From NCBI GenBank assembly GCA_965367695.1, contig CBDUKB010000001.1, positions 3,485 through 67,484 of the forward strand: a stretch of 64,000 bases of DNA. Reading direction: 5' to 3'. The DNA is from an uncultured Putridiphycobacter sp. GTDB lineage: Bacteria; Bacteroidota; Bacteroidia; Flavobacteriales_D; Crocinitomicaceae. Positions within the stretch are counted from its first letter, which is position 1. Every line of letters begins with the position of its first letter. Made by a program: the position numbers and the translations under genes. Positions 10,145 through 20,842 of this stretch are shown piece by piece. Below the pieces are notes generated by a model. It was not told the origin of the DNA. It did no database searches and saw only the letters and a list, made by a program, of their open reading frames with translations.

Positions 10145-11674
10145 ATGGCAGAAGTAAAAAAGATTAAAAATGCGCTAATTTCCGTATTTAGCAAAGATGG
10201 ATTGGATCCAATTGTAAAAAAATTAAACGATTTAGGAGTTGTAATTTATTCAACTGGAGGCACACAATCTCATATCGAAAATTTAGGAATATCAGTAGTT
10301 CCTGTAGAGGAATTAACTTCCTATCCTTCAATTTTAGGAGGGAGAGTAAAAACATTACATCCAAAAATATTTGGTGGAATATTAAATCGTCGTGCATTGA
10401 GTTCAGACCAAGCACAAATTGCAGAATTCGAAATTCCTGAAATTGATTTAGTAATCGTGGATTTATATCCATTTGAAGATACCGTAAAATCGGGAGCGAG
10501 TCATGCTGATATCATTGAAAAAATTGATATTGGAGGTATTTCATTGATACGTGCAGCGGCCAAAAATTACCAAGATGTAGTGATTATTCCTTCTATGAAT
10601 CAATATGAATCGTTTTTGTCAATACTTGAAAAAGGAAATGGCGAAACAAGTATAGCAGAGAGAAAGACATTTGCTGGCGAAGCTTTCAATGTTTCTTCGC
10701 ATTACGATACACATATTTTTAATTATTTTGAGCCTACACAAAAAGAAAGCTTTAAGCAAAGTATTAATCAACCGAATGCATTAAGATATGGTGAGAACCC
10801 ACATCAACACGGCACATTTTATGGAGATTTAGCAGCTATTTTTGATAAATTACATGGCAAAGAATTGTCGTATAATAATTTATTGGATGTAGATGCAGCA
10901 GTAAATTACATGAATGAATTTAAAGACAGCAAACCAACATTTGCAATTTTAAAACACAATAATGCTTGTGGTTTAGCAACTAGAAATACACTCCTGGAAG
11001 CTTATAATGACGCTTTAGCAGGAGATCCAGTTTCAGCTTTTGGAGGAATATTAATTTCTAATAAAAAAATTGACTTGGCAACAGCCAATGAAATTCACAA
11101 ATTGTTTTGTGAGGTGGTGATTGCGCCAGGGTATGAAGAAGCTGCTTTAGAAGTGTTAAAAGGAAAGAAAAACAGGGTGATTCTTGTTCAAAAAGAATGT
11201 GAATTACCGAAAAGCCAGTTTAGAACTATTTTGAATGGTGTTTTAGTGCAAGACAAAGATTTAATTACTGACCAAATAAAAGATTTTAAAACGGCAACAA
11301 AATTAAGTCCAAGTGAAACGGAATTGTCAGATTTGGAGTTTGCCAATAAATTGGTAAAACACACCAAGTCGAATACAATTGTTTTAGCTAAAAACAAACA
11401 ATTGTTTGCTTGTGGAACCGGTCAAACTTCAAGAGTAGATGCTTTAGAGCAGGCTATTCATAAAGCCAAGTCTTTTAATTTTGATTTAAATGGAGCGGTG
11501 ATGGCATCAGATGCATTTTTTCCTTTCCCTGATTGTGTAGAAATAGCAAAAAATGCAGGTATTTCAAGCGTTATTCAACCAGGAGGCTCAATAAAAGATC
11601 AATTGTCAATAGATTATTGTGATGCGAATGGAATGAGCATGGTATTTACAGGAAATAGACATTTTAAACACTAA
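10145..11674 (+). CDS. purH: Bifunctional AICAR transformylase/IMP cyclohydrolase
   Basis: ALISVFSK, STGGT, GRVKTLHP, IDIGG, LRYGENPHQ, SDAFFPF, RHFKH; TAAATTTG at 10110-10117. Confidence 0.98.
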   Translation: MAEVKKIKNALISVFSKDGLDPIVKKLNDLGVVIYSTGGTQSHIENLGISVVPVEELTSYPSILGGRVKTLHPKIFGGILNRRALSSDQAQIAEFEIPEIDLVIVDLYPFEDTVKSGASHADIIEKIDIGGISLIRAAAKNYQDVVIIPSMNQYESFLSILEKGNGETSIAERKTFAGEAFNVSSHYDTHIFNYFEPTQKESFKQSINQPNALRYGENPHQHGTFYGDLAAIFDKLHGKELSYNNLLDVDAAVNYMNEFKDSKPTFAILKHNNACGLATRNTLLEAYNDALAGDPVSAFGGILISNKKIDLATANEIHKLFCEVVIAPGYEEAALEVLKGKKNRVILVQKECELPKSQFRTILNGVLVQDKDLITDQIKDFKTATKLSPSETELSDLEFANKLVKHTKSNTIVLAKNKQLFACGTGQTSRVDALEQAIHKAKSFNFDLNGAVMASDAFFPFPDCVEIAKNAGISSVIQPGGSIKDQLSIDYCDANGMSMVFTGNRHFKH

Positions 11675-11746
11675 AATGAACTTTAACATAGAAAGTTAAT
11701 TTGAAATTAATATATTAGTAAGCTTAATACAACGGAAAAATAAAGG

Positions 11747-12775
11747 ATGGGACTATTTGATTTTTTATCACAAGAAATTGCCATAGATTTAGGTACGGCA
11801 AATACCCTAATAATAATGAACGATAAAGTGGTTGTTGACGAACCAAGTATCGTGGCCAGGGATATTCAAAGTGGTAAAATTGTTGCAATTGGAAAGAAGG
11901 CGCAACAAATGCATGGTAAAACGCATAAATTAATTGAAACAGTTCGTCCCCTAAAAGACGGTGTAATTGCCGATTTTGAATCTGCCGAGCAAATGATTCG
12001 TGGTATGATCAAAATGATTAATACTTCCTCACGATTATTTAATCCAAGTTTAAGAATGGTTATCTGTATTCCTTCAGGAATTACAGAAGTAGAAAAAAGA
12101 GCAGTGCGTGATTCTGCAGAACATGCTGGAGCGAAAGAAGTATTTTTAATTCACGAACCAATGGCTGCTGCCATTGGAATTGGAATTGATGTAATTGAAC
12201 CAATGGGTAACATGATTATTGATATCGGTGGAGGTACTTCAGAAATTGCTGTCATTGCATTGGGTGGAATTGTTTGTGATAAATCAATTAGAGTTGCTGG
12301 TGATGACTTTACACGTGATATTGAAGAATACATGCGTCGCCAACACAATATTTTGGTAGGAGAAAGAACAGCAGAACAAATTAAAATTGAAGTGGGTTCT
12401 GCCATCACTGAATTACCAGAAGATCAAGCACCAGAACCTTATCCAGTTCGAGGTAGAGATTTAATGACTGGTATACCAAAAGAAATTATGATTTCCTATG
12501 GAGAAATTGCACATGCCTTAGATAAGAGTATTGCTAAAATTGAAGAGGCGATATTGAATGCACTTGAAATGACACCTCCAGAATTATCAGCAGATATATA
12601 CAAAACAGGTATTTATTTAGCAGGAGGAGGTTCAATGTTAAGAGGGTTAGATTATAGAATTTCTTTGAAAACAAAGTTGCCGGTGCATATTGCTGAAGAT
12701 CCATTGAGAGCAGTAGCAAGAGGAACGAGTATTGCATTAAAAAATATTGATAAATTCCAATTCCTCGAAAGATAA
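11747..12775 (+). CDS. mreB: Rod shape-determining actin MreB
   Basis: IDLGTANT, EPMAAAIG, DIGGGT, AGGG. Confidence 0.98.
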   Translation: MGLFDFLSQEIAIDLGTANTLIIMNDKVVVDEPSIVARDIQSGKIVAIGKKAQQMHGKTHKLIETVRPLKDGVIADFESAEQMIRGMIKMINTSSRLFNPSLRMVICIPSGITEVEKRAVRDSAEHAGAKEVFLIHEPMAAAIGIGIDVIEPMGNMIIDIGGGTSEIAVIALGGIVCDKSIRVAGDDFTRDIEEYMRRQHNILVGERTAEQIKIEVGSAITELPEDQAPEPYPVRGRDLMTGIPKEIMISYGEIAHALDKSIAKIEEAILNALEMTPPELSADIYKTGIYLAGGGSMLRGLDYRISLKTKLPVHIAEDPLRAVARGTSIALKNIDKFQFLER

Positions 12776-12811
12776 TATCGGGGAAAAACTAAAGAAGCAT
12801 TCAACCATAAC

Positions 12812-13633
12812 ATGAGAAATCTATTTAAGTTTTTAAAACGTTTTAGAAATTTTTTGATTTTTCTTGTTTTACAAATTTTTATACTGAGCCTTTTCTTTAA
12901 TAGTAAAAACTACCACAAGGCAAGTTTTGTTAATTCTACCAATGCAATTTCAAGTTGGTTCTTACAAAAAAGGTACAATATTACCCGTCATTTCGACCTG
13001 GCAAAAAACAATGAATTATTAGCAAGTGAGAATGCAGAATTAATGGGGAAACTACCCATGAGTTATTACGCATTGCAGCAGCAATTATTTCAAATAAACG
13101 ATTCTGTTTATGAACAACAATATCAGTTTTTAGCAGCAACGGTTATCAATTTTTCTAATCACAAATTAAACAATTACGCCACCATTAACAAAGGTAGTTT
13201 AGCTGGAATTGAAAAGGATATGGGAGTGATTGTTTCCAATGGAATTATTGGTTTTGTAATTGATGTCTCTCCCCATTATTCAATTGTAAGAACACTTTTG
13301 TCGGAAAGAATTAATATTATCGTTCAAGTAAACAACATAATGGGTAGTTTAGATTGGAATGGGCGAGACATGCACCTTGGAAAAATAAAGGGAATCACTT
13401 CAAGCGCTCAAATTGTTGCTGGTGATACGGTTTATACAAAAGGAAGTAATGGGCATTTTCCAGCAGGTATTCCTATTGGAGTTGTAAATGAAGCTAGGAT
13501 AGAAAATGGTGCTGCAACATTAACCATTAATATTGAGTTCACTGCAGATTTTGGTGCATTGGGACATGTATATGTGGTGAAAAATATATTTAAACAAGAA
13601 AAAGACAAGTTAGAGGAGGCTTATTATGAATAA
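12812..13633 (+). CDS. mreC: Rod shape-determining protein MreC
   Basis: N-terminal TM, coiled coil, INKGS...GIEKDMGV, FPAGIPIG; follows mreB. Confidence 0.93.
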   Translation: MRNLFKFLKRFRNFLIFLVLQIFILSLFFNSKNYHKASFVNSTNAISSWFLQKRYNITRHFDLAKNNELLASENAELMGKLPMSYYALQQQLFQINDSVYEQQYQFLAATVINFSNHKLNNYATINKGSLAGIEKDMGVIVSNGIIGFVIDVSPHYSIVRTLLSERINIIVQVNNIMGSLDWNGRDMHLGKIKGITSSAQIVAGDTVYTKGSNGHFPAGIPIGVVNEARIENGAATLTINIEFTADFGALGHVYVVKNIFKQEKDKLEEAYYE

Positions 13634-14138
13634 TCAGTGGATTCAATCTGGTAGTTATTTTGTGGCTTTCTTATTAATACAAGGTTTAATTATCAATAAC
13701 ATAGCATTATCAGTTTACATTTATCCAATGGTGTATGTAATCGTAATCATGATGTTGCCCTTTGAAACTAATCTTTTACTGGGTATGGGAATCGCCTTGT
13801 TAATGGGTATTGGTTTGGATACTTTGAGTGATACATTTGGACTCCATACATCAGCGGCGTTATTCTTGGCATACATTCGACCTTTTATTTTAAAGGTTTT
13901 AAAACCCAGAGATGGATATGAGTCGAATAAATTACCCACTGTACACGATATGGGGTATACTTGGTTTTTGGCATATGCATTTGTTTGTTTACTTTTGCAT
14001 CATGCCTGGTTTTTTGCCTTCGAAATATGGAGATTTGATTTAATGGGATTACTGGTCTTGAAGGTAATTTTAAGTAGTTTAGTTTCTTTTATTTTGGTTT
14101 TTATCTTCCAGTTTTTATTCTATAAACCAAGTAAATAA
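13626..14138 (+). CDS. mreD: Rod shape-determining protein MreD
   Basis: Hydrophobic 170-aa protein between mreC and mrdA. Confidence 0.88.
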   Translation: MNNQWIQSGSYFVAFLLIQGLIINNIALSVYIYPMVYVIVIMMLPFETNLLLGMGIALLMGIGLDTLSDTFGLHTSAALFLAYIRPFILKVLKPRDGYESNKLPTVHDMGYTWFLAYAFVCLLLHHAWFFAFEIWRFDLMGLLVLKVILSSLVSFILVFIFQFLFYKPSK

Positions 14139-15956
14139 ATGAATAATTTTGACAATCGGAAATTTGTAATTACGTTTCTAATTTTATTGATTGGAGCCGT
14201 ATTTATTTTTCGATTGGCCTATATGCAATTAATTGACGATCAATGGAAATTAAGAGCGGCAGAAATCTCAGAAGATAAATTAGTCACTTATCCAGCAAGA
14301 GGGATTGTTTACGATAGGAAAGATAAAATACTCATTGATAATCAAGTATTCTACAATCTTTTAGTAATTCCTCGTGAAACAGAAGGCATTGATTCGGTAG
14401 CTTTTGCTAAGTTATTGAAATTGCCAATGGAAGATTACACCATTCGCATGAACAAAGCCAGAAAGTATTCTAAAAGAAAGCCATCTGTTTTTGAAAAGCA
14501 AATTTCACCCAAGGATTACACGCAAATTGGTCCCGAACTATATAAGTATCCTGGTTTTATTGAAGAAGAAAGAACCTTAAGGGCCTATCCGAAACCAATT
14601 GGAGCACAAATGTTGGGCTATATGAATGAAGTCAACGATAGGGATATCGACAAGGATAAATACTATAAGTCGGGCGATTACATTGGTAGAAGTGGGATTG
14701 AAAAACAATATGAACCCGTATTGCGTGGCAAGAGAGGTGTCAGGTATATTTTGCAAAATGCCATAGGATTATATACAGGGAGCTATGAAAATGGCATGTA
14801 TGATACAGTTGCCATACAGGGTAAAAATATTCAATTGGGCATTGACGCTGAATTACAGGAATATGGTGAAAAATTGATGAAAAATAAAATTGGCTGTATT
14901 GTCGCCATTGAGCCTAGTTCAGGTGAAATTTTGAGTTTGGTTACTTCGCCTAGTTACGATCCAAATTTATTAGTGGGACGTGACCTTGGGAAAAATTATA
15001 TTGATTTGTTTAAAGATACTTTAAAACCTTTATTTAATCGTGCTTCCATGTCAACTTACCCGCCTGGCTCCACTTTTAAATTAGTAATGGCTTTGATTGG
15101 TTTGCAAGAAGGTGTTGTGACACCCAACAGCAGTTTTCCATGTACAAAAAGCCTGGTTAATTGCCATAATCACCCCACTGCACAATCCATTTCTGATGGG
15201 GTAAAAATGTCTTGTAATCCCTATTTTTATTTCCTGACTAAAAAAATCATTCAGCAAAACAAGTCACCTAATGGATTTAAAGATGCTGGAATAGGACTAG
15301 ATATTTGGCAAGATTATGTACAAAGTTTTGGAATGGGAAAAACCTTACCCACTGATTTAAATGGGGTGACAAAAGGCTTGATTCCTGGAAAAAGTTATTA
15401 CGATAGAATATATGGTGAAAATAGGTGGATGTTCAGCACCATTTTTTCAATCGCCATTGGACAAGGTGAAGTTTTAGTGAATCCTATTGAAATGGCAAAT
15501 TTAGCGGCCATAATGGCCAATAGAGGATTTTATTACCCGCCTCATTTTATTAAAAAAATTGAAGGTGATACCATTGCTTCCATTTTTGAAAAAAAACATA
15601 AAACAAAAGTCGATCCTGAAAATTTTGAATATGTGATTGATGGTATGTACCGGGTGGTAAACGAAGCAGGAGGTACTGCAAGAAGAGCGAGAATAGACAG
15701 TATTCAAGTTTGTGGTAAAACGGGAACCGCACAAAATCCGCACGGAGAGGATCATTCTATTTTTATTGCCTTCGCCCCAAGAGACAATCCAAAAATTGCC
15801 ATTTCGGTGTATATAGAAAATGCTGGTTTCGGAGGTACATGGGCCGCACCTATTGCAAGTTTGATGATAGAAAAATACTTAACCAATGCTATTGGTAAAG
15901 CTTCCGAAAAAAAGGAAGCGCGAATTTTAGAGGCAAATTTAATTTTGGCTAAATGA
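14139..15956 (+). CDS. mrdA: Penicillin-binding protein 2
   Basis: PARGIVYDR, PGSTFK (SxxK), SCN (SxN), KTGT. Confidence 0.95.
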   Translation: MNNFDNRKFVITFLILLIGAVFIFRLAYMQLIDDQWKLRAAEISEDKLVTYPARGIVYDRKDKILIDNQVFYNLLVIPRETEGIDSVAFAKLLKLPMEDYTIRMNKARKYSKRKPSVFEKQISPKDYTQIGPELYKYPGFIEEERTLRAYPKPIGAQMLGYMNEVNDRDIDKDKYYKSGDYIGRSGIEKQYEPVLRGKRGVRYILQNAIGLYTGSYENGMYDTVAIQGKNIQLGIDAELQEYGEKLMKNKIGCIVAIEPSSGEILSLVTSPSYDPNLLVGRDLGKNYIDLFKDTLKPLFNRASMSTYPPGSTFKLVMALIGLQEGVVTPNSSFPCTKSLVNCHNHPTAQSISDGVKMSCNPYFYFLTKKIIQQNKSPNGFKDAGIGLDIWQDYVQSFGMGKTLPTDLNGVTKGLIPGKSYYDRIYGENRWMFSTIFSIAIGQGEVLVNPIEMANLAAIMANRGFYYPPHFIKKIEGDTIASIFEKKHKTKVDPENFEYVIDGMYRVVNEAGGTARRARIDSIQVCGKTGTAQNPHGEDHSIFIAFAPRDNPKIAISVYIENAGFGGTWAAPIASLMIEKYLTNAIGKASEKKEARILEANLILAK

Positions 15957-17281
15957 GAAGAAAGTATGCAGTTTTAGGAGATGTTGATTGGGTATTAATT
16001 GCCATGTATGTCATTTTAGTGTCATTAGGCCTTTCAAATATTTATGCCGCTGTCTATGATGCCGAACATCCCATGATATTTAATTTGGAAACGGAATATG
16101 GGAAACAATTAATGTGGATTGGTATCTCCTTGTTTTTTGGGCTTTCAATTTTATTGTTGGATGGATCTTTTATAAAAAAGAACGCCTATTGGGTGTATGG
16201 ATTTACCGTTCTATTACTATTACTGGTGCTTTTTACAACCCCAATCAATGGAGCCCGTTCTTGGTTTGGAATAGGGAGTGTAGGAATTCAGCCTTCTGAA
16301 TTTGCAAAAATTGGAATCAGTTTGGCTTTGGCAAAATACATTTCCGAAATGGGGAATCAATTTAAAGAGTTTAAATCTAAATTCAGAATAGGATTGATAT
16401 TAGGTATCCCTTCTATATTGGTATTGCTTCAACCAGATGCAGGAACATTTATCATTTTTGTATCTTTTGTTTTGGTCTTGTATCGAGAAGGGCTTTCTGG
16501 AAATATTATATTGTTTGGTATCGTAGCAGTTATAGTGGCTATTATTACCTTGATTGTCGCCGATAATTCCTTTTTTATTCCCTTCACCAAAATTAAAGTA
16601 ACTGGCAAGTTTGGCATATTTTTATTTATTACACTATTAGTTGTTATAGCGATTGTAATGGTAAAAAATTATGTCATTCCAAGGAATAGAAAAAGCCTAT
16701 ATCGTGCCATCATTGGTGGTTTTATTGTTTCCATTGTATTCGTCAATTTTGTAGAGGTGGGTTATTCTAATATTTTGCAAAGTCACCAAAAAGAAAGAAT
16801 TGATTTATTGTTAGGAAAAATTGATGATCCGGATGGGAAAGGCTATAACATCAATCGTTCAAAAGCTGCAATTGGTTCTGGTGGTTTTTTAGGAAATGGT
16901 TATATGCAAGCAAAATTAGCCAATGCCAATCAACGTCATGTCCCTATGCAAAGTACTGATTTTATTTTTTGTACTTGGTCTGAAGAACGCGGGTTTTTAG
17001 GCGCCTCCTTTTTAATTATTTTATATGTTGGACTGATGATGAAAATAATTACCATAGCAGAAAGACAAAGGTCACGATTCACCAGAATTTATGCCTATTG
17101 TGTGTTGGGAATTTTCTTTTTTCACATGTTAATCAATATTGGAATGGCCATTGGTTTGGCTCCAGTAATCGGAATTCCACTTCCATTTTTTAGTTATGGT
17201 GGTTCAAGTATGATGGGCTTCACCATTTTACTTTTTACTTTGATTAAATTAGATGCAGAAAGAAAAAATGTACTGCAATAA
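15953..17281 (+). CDS. rodA: SEDS peptidoglycan polymerase RodA
   Basis: IQPSEFAK, QPDAGT, TDFIF, GIPLPFFSYGGSS. Confidence 0.95.
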   Translation: MRRKYAVLGDVDWVLIAMYVILVSLGLSNIYAAVYDAEHPMIFNLETEYGKQLMWIGISLFFGLSILLLDGSFIKKNAYWVYGFTVLLLLLVLFTTPINGARSWFGIGSVGIQPSEFAKIGISLALAKYISEMGNQFKEFKSKFRIGLILGIPSILVLLQPDAGTFIIFVSFVLVLYREGLSGNIILFGIVAVIVAIITLIVADNSFFIPFTKIKVTGKFGIFLFITLLVVIAIVMVKNYVIPRNRKSLYRAIIGGFIVSIVFVNFVEVGYSNILQSHQKERIDLLLGKIDDPDGKGYNINRSKAAIGSGGFLGNGYMQAKLANANQRHVPMQSTDFIFCTWSEERGFLGASFLIILYVGLMMKIITIAERQRSRFTRIYAYCVLGIFFFHMLINIGMAIGLAPVIGIPLPFFSYGGSSMMGFTILLFTLIKLDAERKNVLQ

Positions 17282-17985
17282 TGAAAACCCAAGTCAATCA
17301 ATTTTCAATTTTACTACTAGCTACACTATTTATCAGTTTGCTCAGCAGTTTTCTTCAAGTGTTAGTATTCGAATATTTCGGAATTGAAACCCTTTCAAAT
17401 TACATCATAAACGGACTAATTACACAGGTACTTGTTTTTATTGGGGGTGGCTTATTATATCTAAAATTAACAGGACAAAAACTGTTTGACACGGTAGCTA
17501 TCAATAAGCCGCATACAAAAGGACTCCTCATTACCCTCACGTTGTTTTTAACAGCCATGCTTTTAAGCTATTTGTGTTCCATGATAAATTTATGGTTAAC
17601 GGACTTTGAGTACTTTAAAACGGCTGTATTAAAGAACGAAGCCATTGTTGCATTACAAGCTGAATTAATTGCTTCTTATAAAGGTTTTGAAGTGATTTAC
17701 GCCCTGGCTTTCTTTGCTGTTTTACCTGCTATTGCTGAAGAATTTTTATTCAGGGGATTATTGCAAAAGATAATGATTGATTGGACCAAATCTGTTTTTT
17801 GGGGAATTATATTAACCGCAATTTGCTTTTCTATCATGCATTTTCAAATACAAAGTGTTTTACCCATTTTTACAGTCGGTGTAATTTTAGGGTATGCTTA
17901 TTACAGGTTGAATAATATTTGGTATCCAATTATCATTCATTTTTTATACAATGCTATTCAAGTCTTAATTGTAAATCTTGGGTAA
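17281..17985 (+). CDS. CPBP/Abi family intramembrane metalloprotease
   Basis: EEFLFRG, FSIMH, HFLYN motifs. Confidence 0.9.
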   Translation: MKTQVNQFSILLLATLFISLLSSFLQVLVFEYFGIETLSNYIINGLITQVLVFIGGGLLYLKLTGQKLFDTVAINKPHTKGLLITLTLFLTAMLLSYLCSMINLWLTDFEYFKTAVLKNEAIVALQAELIASYKGFEVIYALAFFAVLPAIAEEFLFRGLLQKIMIDWTKSVFWGIILTAICFSIMHFQIQSVLPIFTVGVILGYAYYRLNNIWYPIIIHFLYNAIQVLIVNLG

Positions 17986-18014
17986 AAAAAAACATCCCAA
18001 TCAGGGATGCTTTT
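17984..18014. terminator. Probable bidirectional terminator between convergent genes
   Basis: A-run, CATCCC-AATCA-GGGATG, then CTTTT. Confidence 0.6.
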
Positions 18015-18037
18015 CATATTTTCTCAATCAATGTTAT

Positions 18038-18523
18038 TTATTGATCGTTAGGATCTAAATCATTTTTAGTAGAATATACAATTCTATAACCTTTTACTTT
18101 AGGATCTGCCAAAGCATCTTTGATGTTGGCAACTGTTTTCATGTTGACATCATCATCAATTTTTAAAATGGTGGCTACATCAAAAACATCTTTTTCCGCT
18201 GGCTTATTAGCCAATTTCCATTTTCCAATTGCTGAGGTATAATCTACTTTTAATTGGTCATCTAAAAATACTTCAACCAAAGCATTCGCGCCTCCATTGA
18301 TTGGAAACCCAGCCCAAATATAATCTACATCATCATCTTTATTTAATTCAATCGCAATTGCAGAATCAGGAATTTGTAAATCTAAATTCGTTGGTTCTTT
18401 TTCTTTTGGTCGGGTTGCCACCATAAAGAAGAACAATAGCATGAATACGATATCAGGTAATGCCGCCGTATTTACTGGTGGTTGTCCTTTTTTACCTTTC
18501 TTTCTAAATTTCGACATATTCAA
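18038..18523 (-). CDS. ExbD/TolR family protein
   Basis: VNTAALPDIVFMLLFFFMV TM segment with the conserved Asp. Confidence 0.88.
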   Translation of the reverse strand: MNMSKFRKKGKKGQPPVNTAALPDIVFMLLFFFMVATRPKEKEPTNLDLQIPDSAIAIELNKDDDVDYIWAGFPINGGANALVEVFLDDQLKVDYTSAIGKWKLANKPAEKDVFDVATILKIDDDVNMKTVANIKDALADPKVKGYRIVYSTKNDLDPNDQ

Positions 18524-18526
18524 TCA

Positions 18527-19249
18527 TTAGTTTGTGATAGCTGGTTCAAGCAATCTGTCTGGAACCATGATATCTAATATTTTAATTTTTTCGTTGTCTT
18601 CCGGAATACTTGGGTCTAAATCGTAAAAGGAAGTACCGTTAAAAATTTCTTTTGAACGTTCGTCTTTTACCTTGTTCACTACTTTACCAATATGATTGAT
18701 AATCGCAATGTAAACCCCATAGGAAGTTCCTGCTTTTTGTTTTAATTGAATGGCAGCTTGCTCATTAATTTCCAAAAATTTTCCATCAGGCATGGCTTCT
18801 AAAACAGCCAATCTTTTTTCTAATTTAGAAACGGCAGATTTTAAAAATATATTGTCTTCATCCTTTGCTAATTCTTGTTTTGCTAATCCCAACTCTTGTT
18901 TGGTTCCAGCAATATCTCTTAAAAAGTATTCTACTTGAGTAGGATCTTTTTCTGGAGAATACATGTTGGCAGTATAAAAATAATAGAGTTTTTCTTCTAA
19001 TTGAGAAATGTCTAAATTTTCATTTTCTACTAATAATTGGTCATTTGCATTCACATTGATAGAAAACACATCCCGCATTCTAGTTGGAGGTAATGGAAAA
19101 TCATCCGGGAGCTCCACCTTCATAGGCAAAGTCTTAGGTATCCCAGCTTCCAAATCCATTGTAGTAGTTACAATAAAGAATATCAAAAGCAAGAAGGCAA
19201 TGTCGGCCATTGACCCTGCATTAATTTCTTCTAATTCTCTTCTTGCCAT
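18527..19249 (-). CDS. ExbD/TolR family protein with a long helical insertion
   Basis: EINAGSMADIAFLLLIFFIVTTTMD; GTSYGVYI. Confidence 0.88.
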   Translation of the reverse strand: MARRELEEINAGSMADIAFLLLIFFIVTTTMDLEAGIPKTLPMKVELPDDFPLPPTRMRDVFSINVNANDQLLVENENLDISQLEEKLYYFYTANMYSPEKDPTQVEYFLRDIAGTKQELGLAKQELAKDEDNIFLKSAVSKLEKRLAVLEAMPDGKFLEINEQAAIQLKQKAGTSYGVYIAIINHIGKVVNKVKDERSKEIFNGTSFYDLDPSIPEDNEKIKILDIMVPDRLLEPAITN

Positions 19250-19255
19250 CTTAAA

Positions 19256-19963
19256 TTATTTTGAAAAAAGTCTGAATAAATTAATCGCTCCTTGGTATAA
19301 AATTAAACCAACAGTAATAAAAATCAAGGTACCTGTTACAAGGATTCCTGCTCCAGTATATTGGAAACTTTTATCAGTATAGTTACTTGTTTCGAGCATT
19401 TTTCCTTCACCAACCTCAGGGGCCATTTTAAAGCAAATGAATCCAATAATAATCAAGACAGCAAACCCAATTGCTGAACGGATGAAACGTTTTGGATTTT
19501 TAATGATGTTCACAACAGTAAACAATAAGATAACAATGAATGCTATAATCATCAACCATTTTGTGAAATTAATTGAGTTGGTGGTTGCATTTTGAAAGTC
19601 GTAATTTTTACTCACTAAATCGTTCACCATTCCTTCTTTTAAATCACCTTCAACAGTTTTTGTTTTTCCTTTTGAATCGACAAAAGCTTGATAATTCAAC
19701 ACTTTGTTTTCAGCCAAGTCATACACTTTGTTTGCTTTGGCATCCACCACGTAATTATACAACACTTCTTTTGAAGGTTCTTGTGGTTTACCATCTACAT
19801 CTGGTTGTTCGTGTTCAACAACAAAAAATGCTTGATCAGTTAAGGCTATATCTTCGTCAGAGCTAGGTGCAAGCGAAATATTGTTCCAAATAAGCACAAT
19901 GCCTATTAAAAACAGTATCGCCATACCAGCTTTCAGTATTAATGATACTACTTTATTTTCCAT
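19256..19963 (-). CDS. Four-TM membrane protein of the Bacteroidota exbB-exbD cluster
   Basis: One N-terminal TM, ~100-aa soluble segment, three C-terminal TMs; lies between exbB and exbD. Confidence 0.7.
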   Translation of the reverse strand: MENKVVSLILKAGMAILFLIGIVLIWNNISLAPSSDEDIALTDQAFFVVEHEQPDVDGKPQEPSKEVLYNYVVDAKANKVYDLAENKVLNYQAFVDSKGKTKTVEGDLKEGMVNDLVSKNYDFQNATTNSINFTKWLMIIAFIVILLFTVVNIIKNPKRFIRSAIGFAVLIIIGFICFKMAPEVGEGKMLETSNYTDKSFQYTGAGILVTGTLIFITVGLILYQGAINLFRLFSK

Positions 19964-19991
19964 ATTATTTTAATTATCGATTTAACGATTA

Positions 19992-20714
19992 TTATTTAGC
20001 TACTTTGTTTTTCAACATCACATCAATTAAAGAGATTGACGCATCTTCCATATCATTTACAATACCATCTACTTTGGCGATTAAGTAATTGTAAAATACT
20101 TGAAGAATGATGGCAACTATCAAACCGAATACAGTTGTTAATAAGGCTACTTTAATGTCACCCGCAATTTGATCTGCTTGTACACCACCGTTTGTTTCAA
20201 TTGTATCAAAGGCTTGAATCATACCAATTACCGTACCCATGAAACCTAACATTGGAGCCAAGGCAATAAATAATTGAATCCATGACATTCCTTTTTCTAA
20301 CAATCCCATTTGAACGCCACCGTAAGAGATAACTGATTTTTCAACCATGTCAATTCCTTCTTCAGAACGATCTAATCCTTGATAAAAAATAGAAGCAACA
20401 GGCCCTCTTGTATTTCTACATACTTCTTTTGCAGCTTCAACACCCCCAGAAGCCAATGCTTCATCAACTTGAGCAACCAACTTTTTAGTGTTTGTTGTCG
20501 CTAAGTTTAAGTATACAATTCTTTCAATAACCATGGCTAAACCAAAAATCAAACAGGCCAATACAACCCCCATAAATTCAGGTCCACCTTCAATGAACCT
20601 TTGTTTTAACACATTGGTAAATGAAGTTTCTGCAACTACTGCAACTTTAGGATCTTGTGCGAATAATGATGCTGATGTTCCAAAGGCAGCTACTAACATT
20701 AATACTTTTTTCAT
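19992..20714 (-). CDS. MotA/TolQ/ExbB proton channel protein
   Basis: APMLGFMGTVIGMIQAF, ALLTTVFGL; N-terminal signal peptide. Confidence 0.93.
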   Translation of the reverse strand: MKKVLMLVAAFGTSASLFAQDPKVAVVAETSFTNVLKQRFIEGGPEFMGVVLACLIFGLAMVIERIVYLNLATTNTKKLVAQVDEALASGGVEAAKEVCRNTRGPVASIFYQGLDRSEEGIDMVEKSVISYGGVQMGLLEKGMSWIQLFIALAPMLGFMGTVIGMIQAFDTIETNGGVQADQIAGDIKVALLTTVFGLIVAIILQVFYNYLIAKVDGIVNDMEDASISLIDVMLKNKVAK

Positions 20715-20842
20715 TTTTTTAAATTTGAGTTATTTTTTGTTTTCTATTTTGATTAAACCCGTTATTTATTTTAACGAGTTGCTAAAGTACAAAAATTTAT
20801 AATTAATACTAATTTCAATTTATATATTTTACTGCTGTAATG

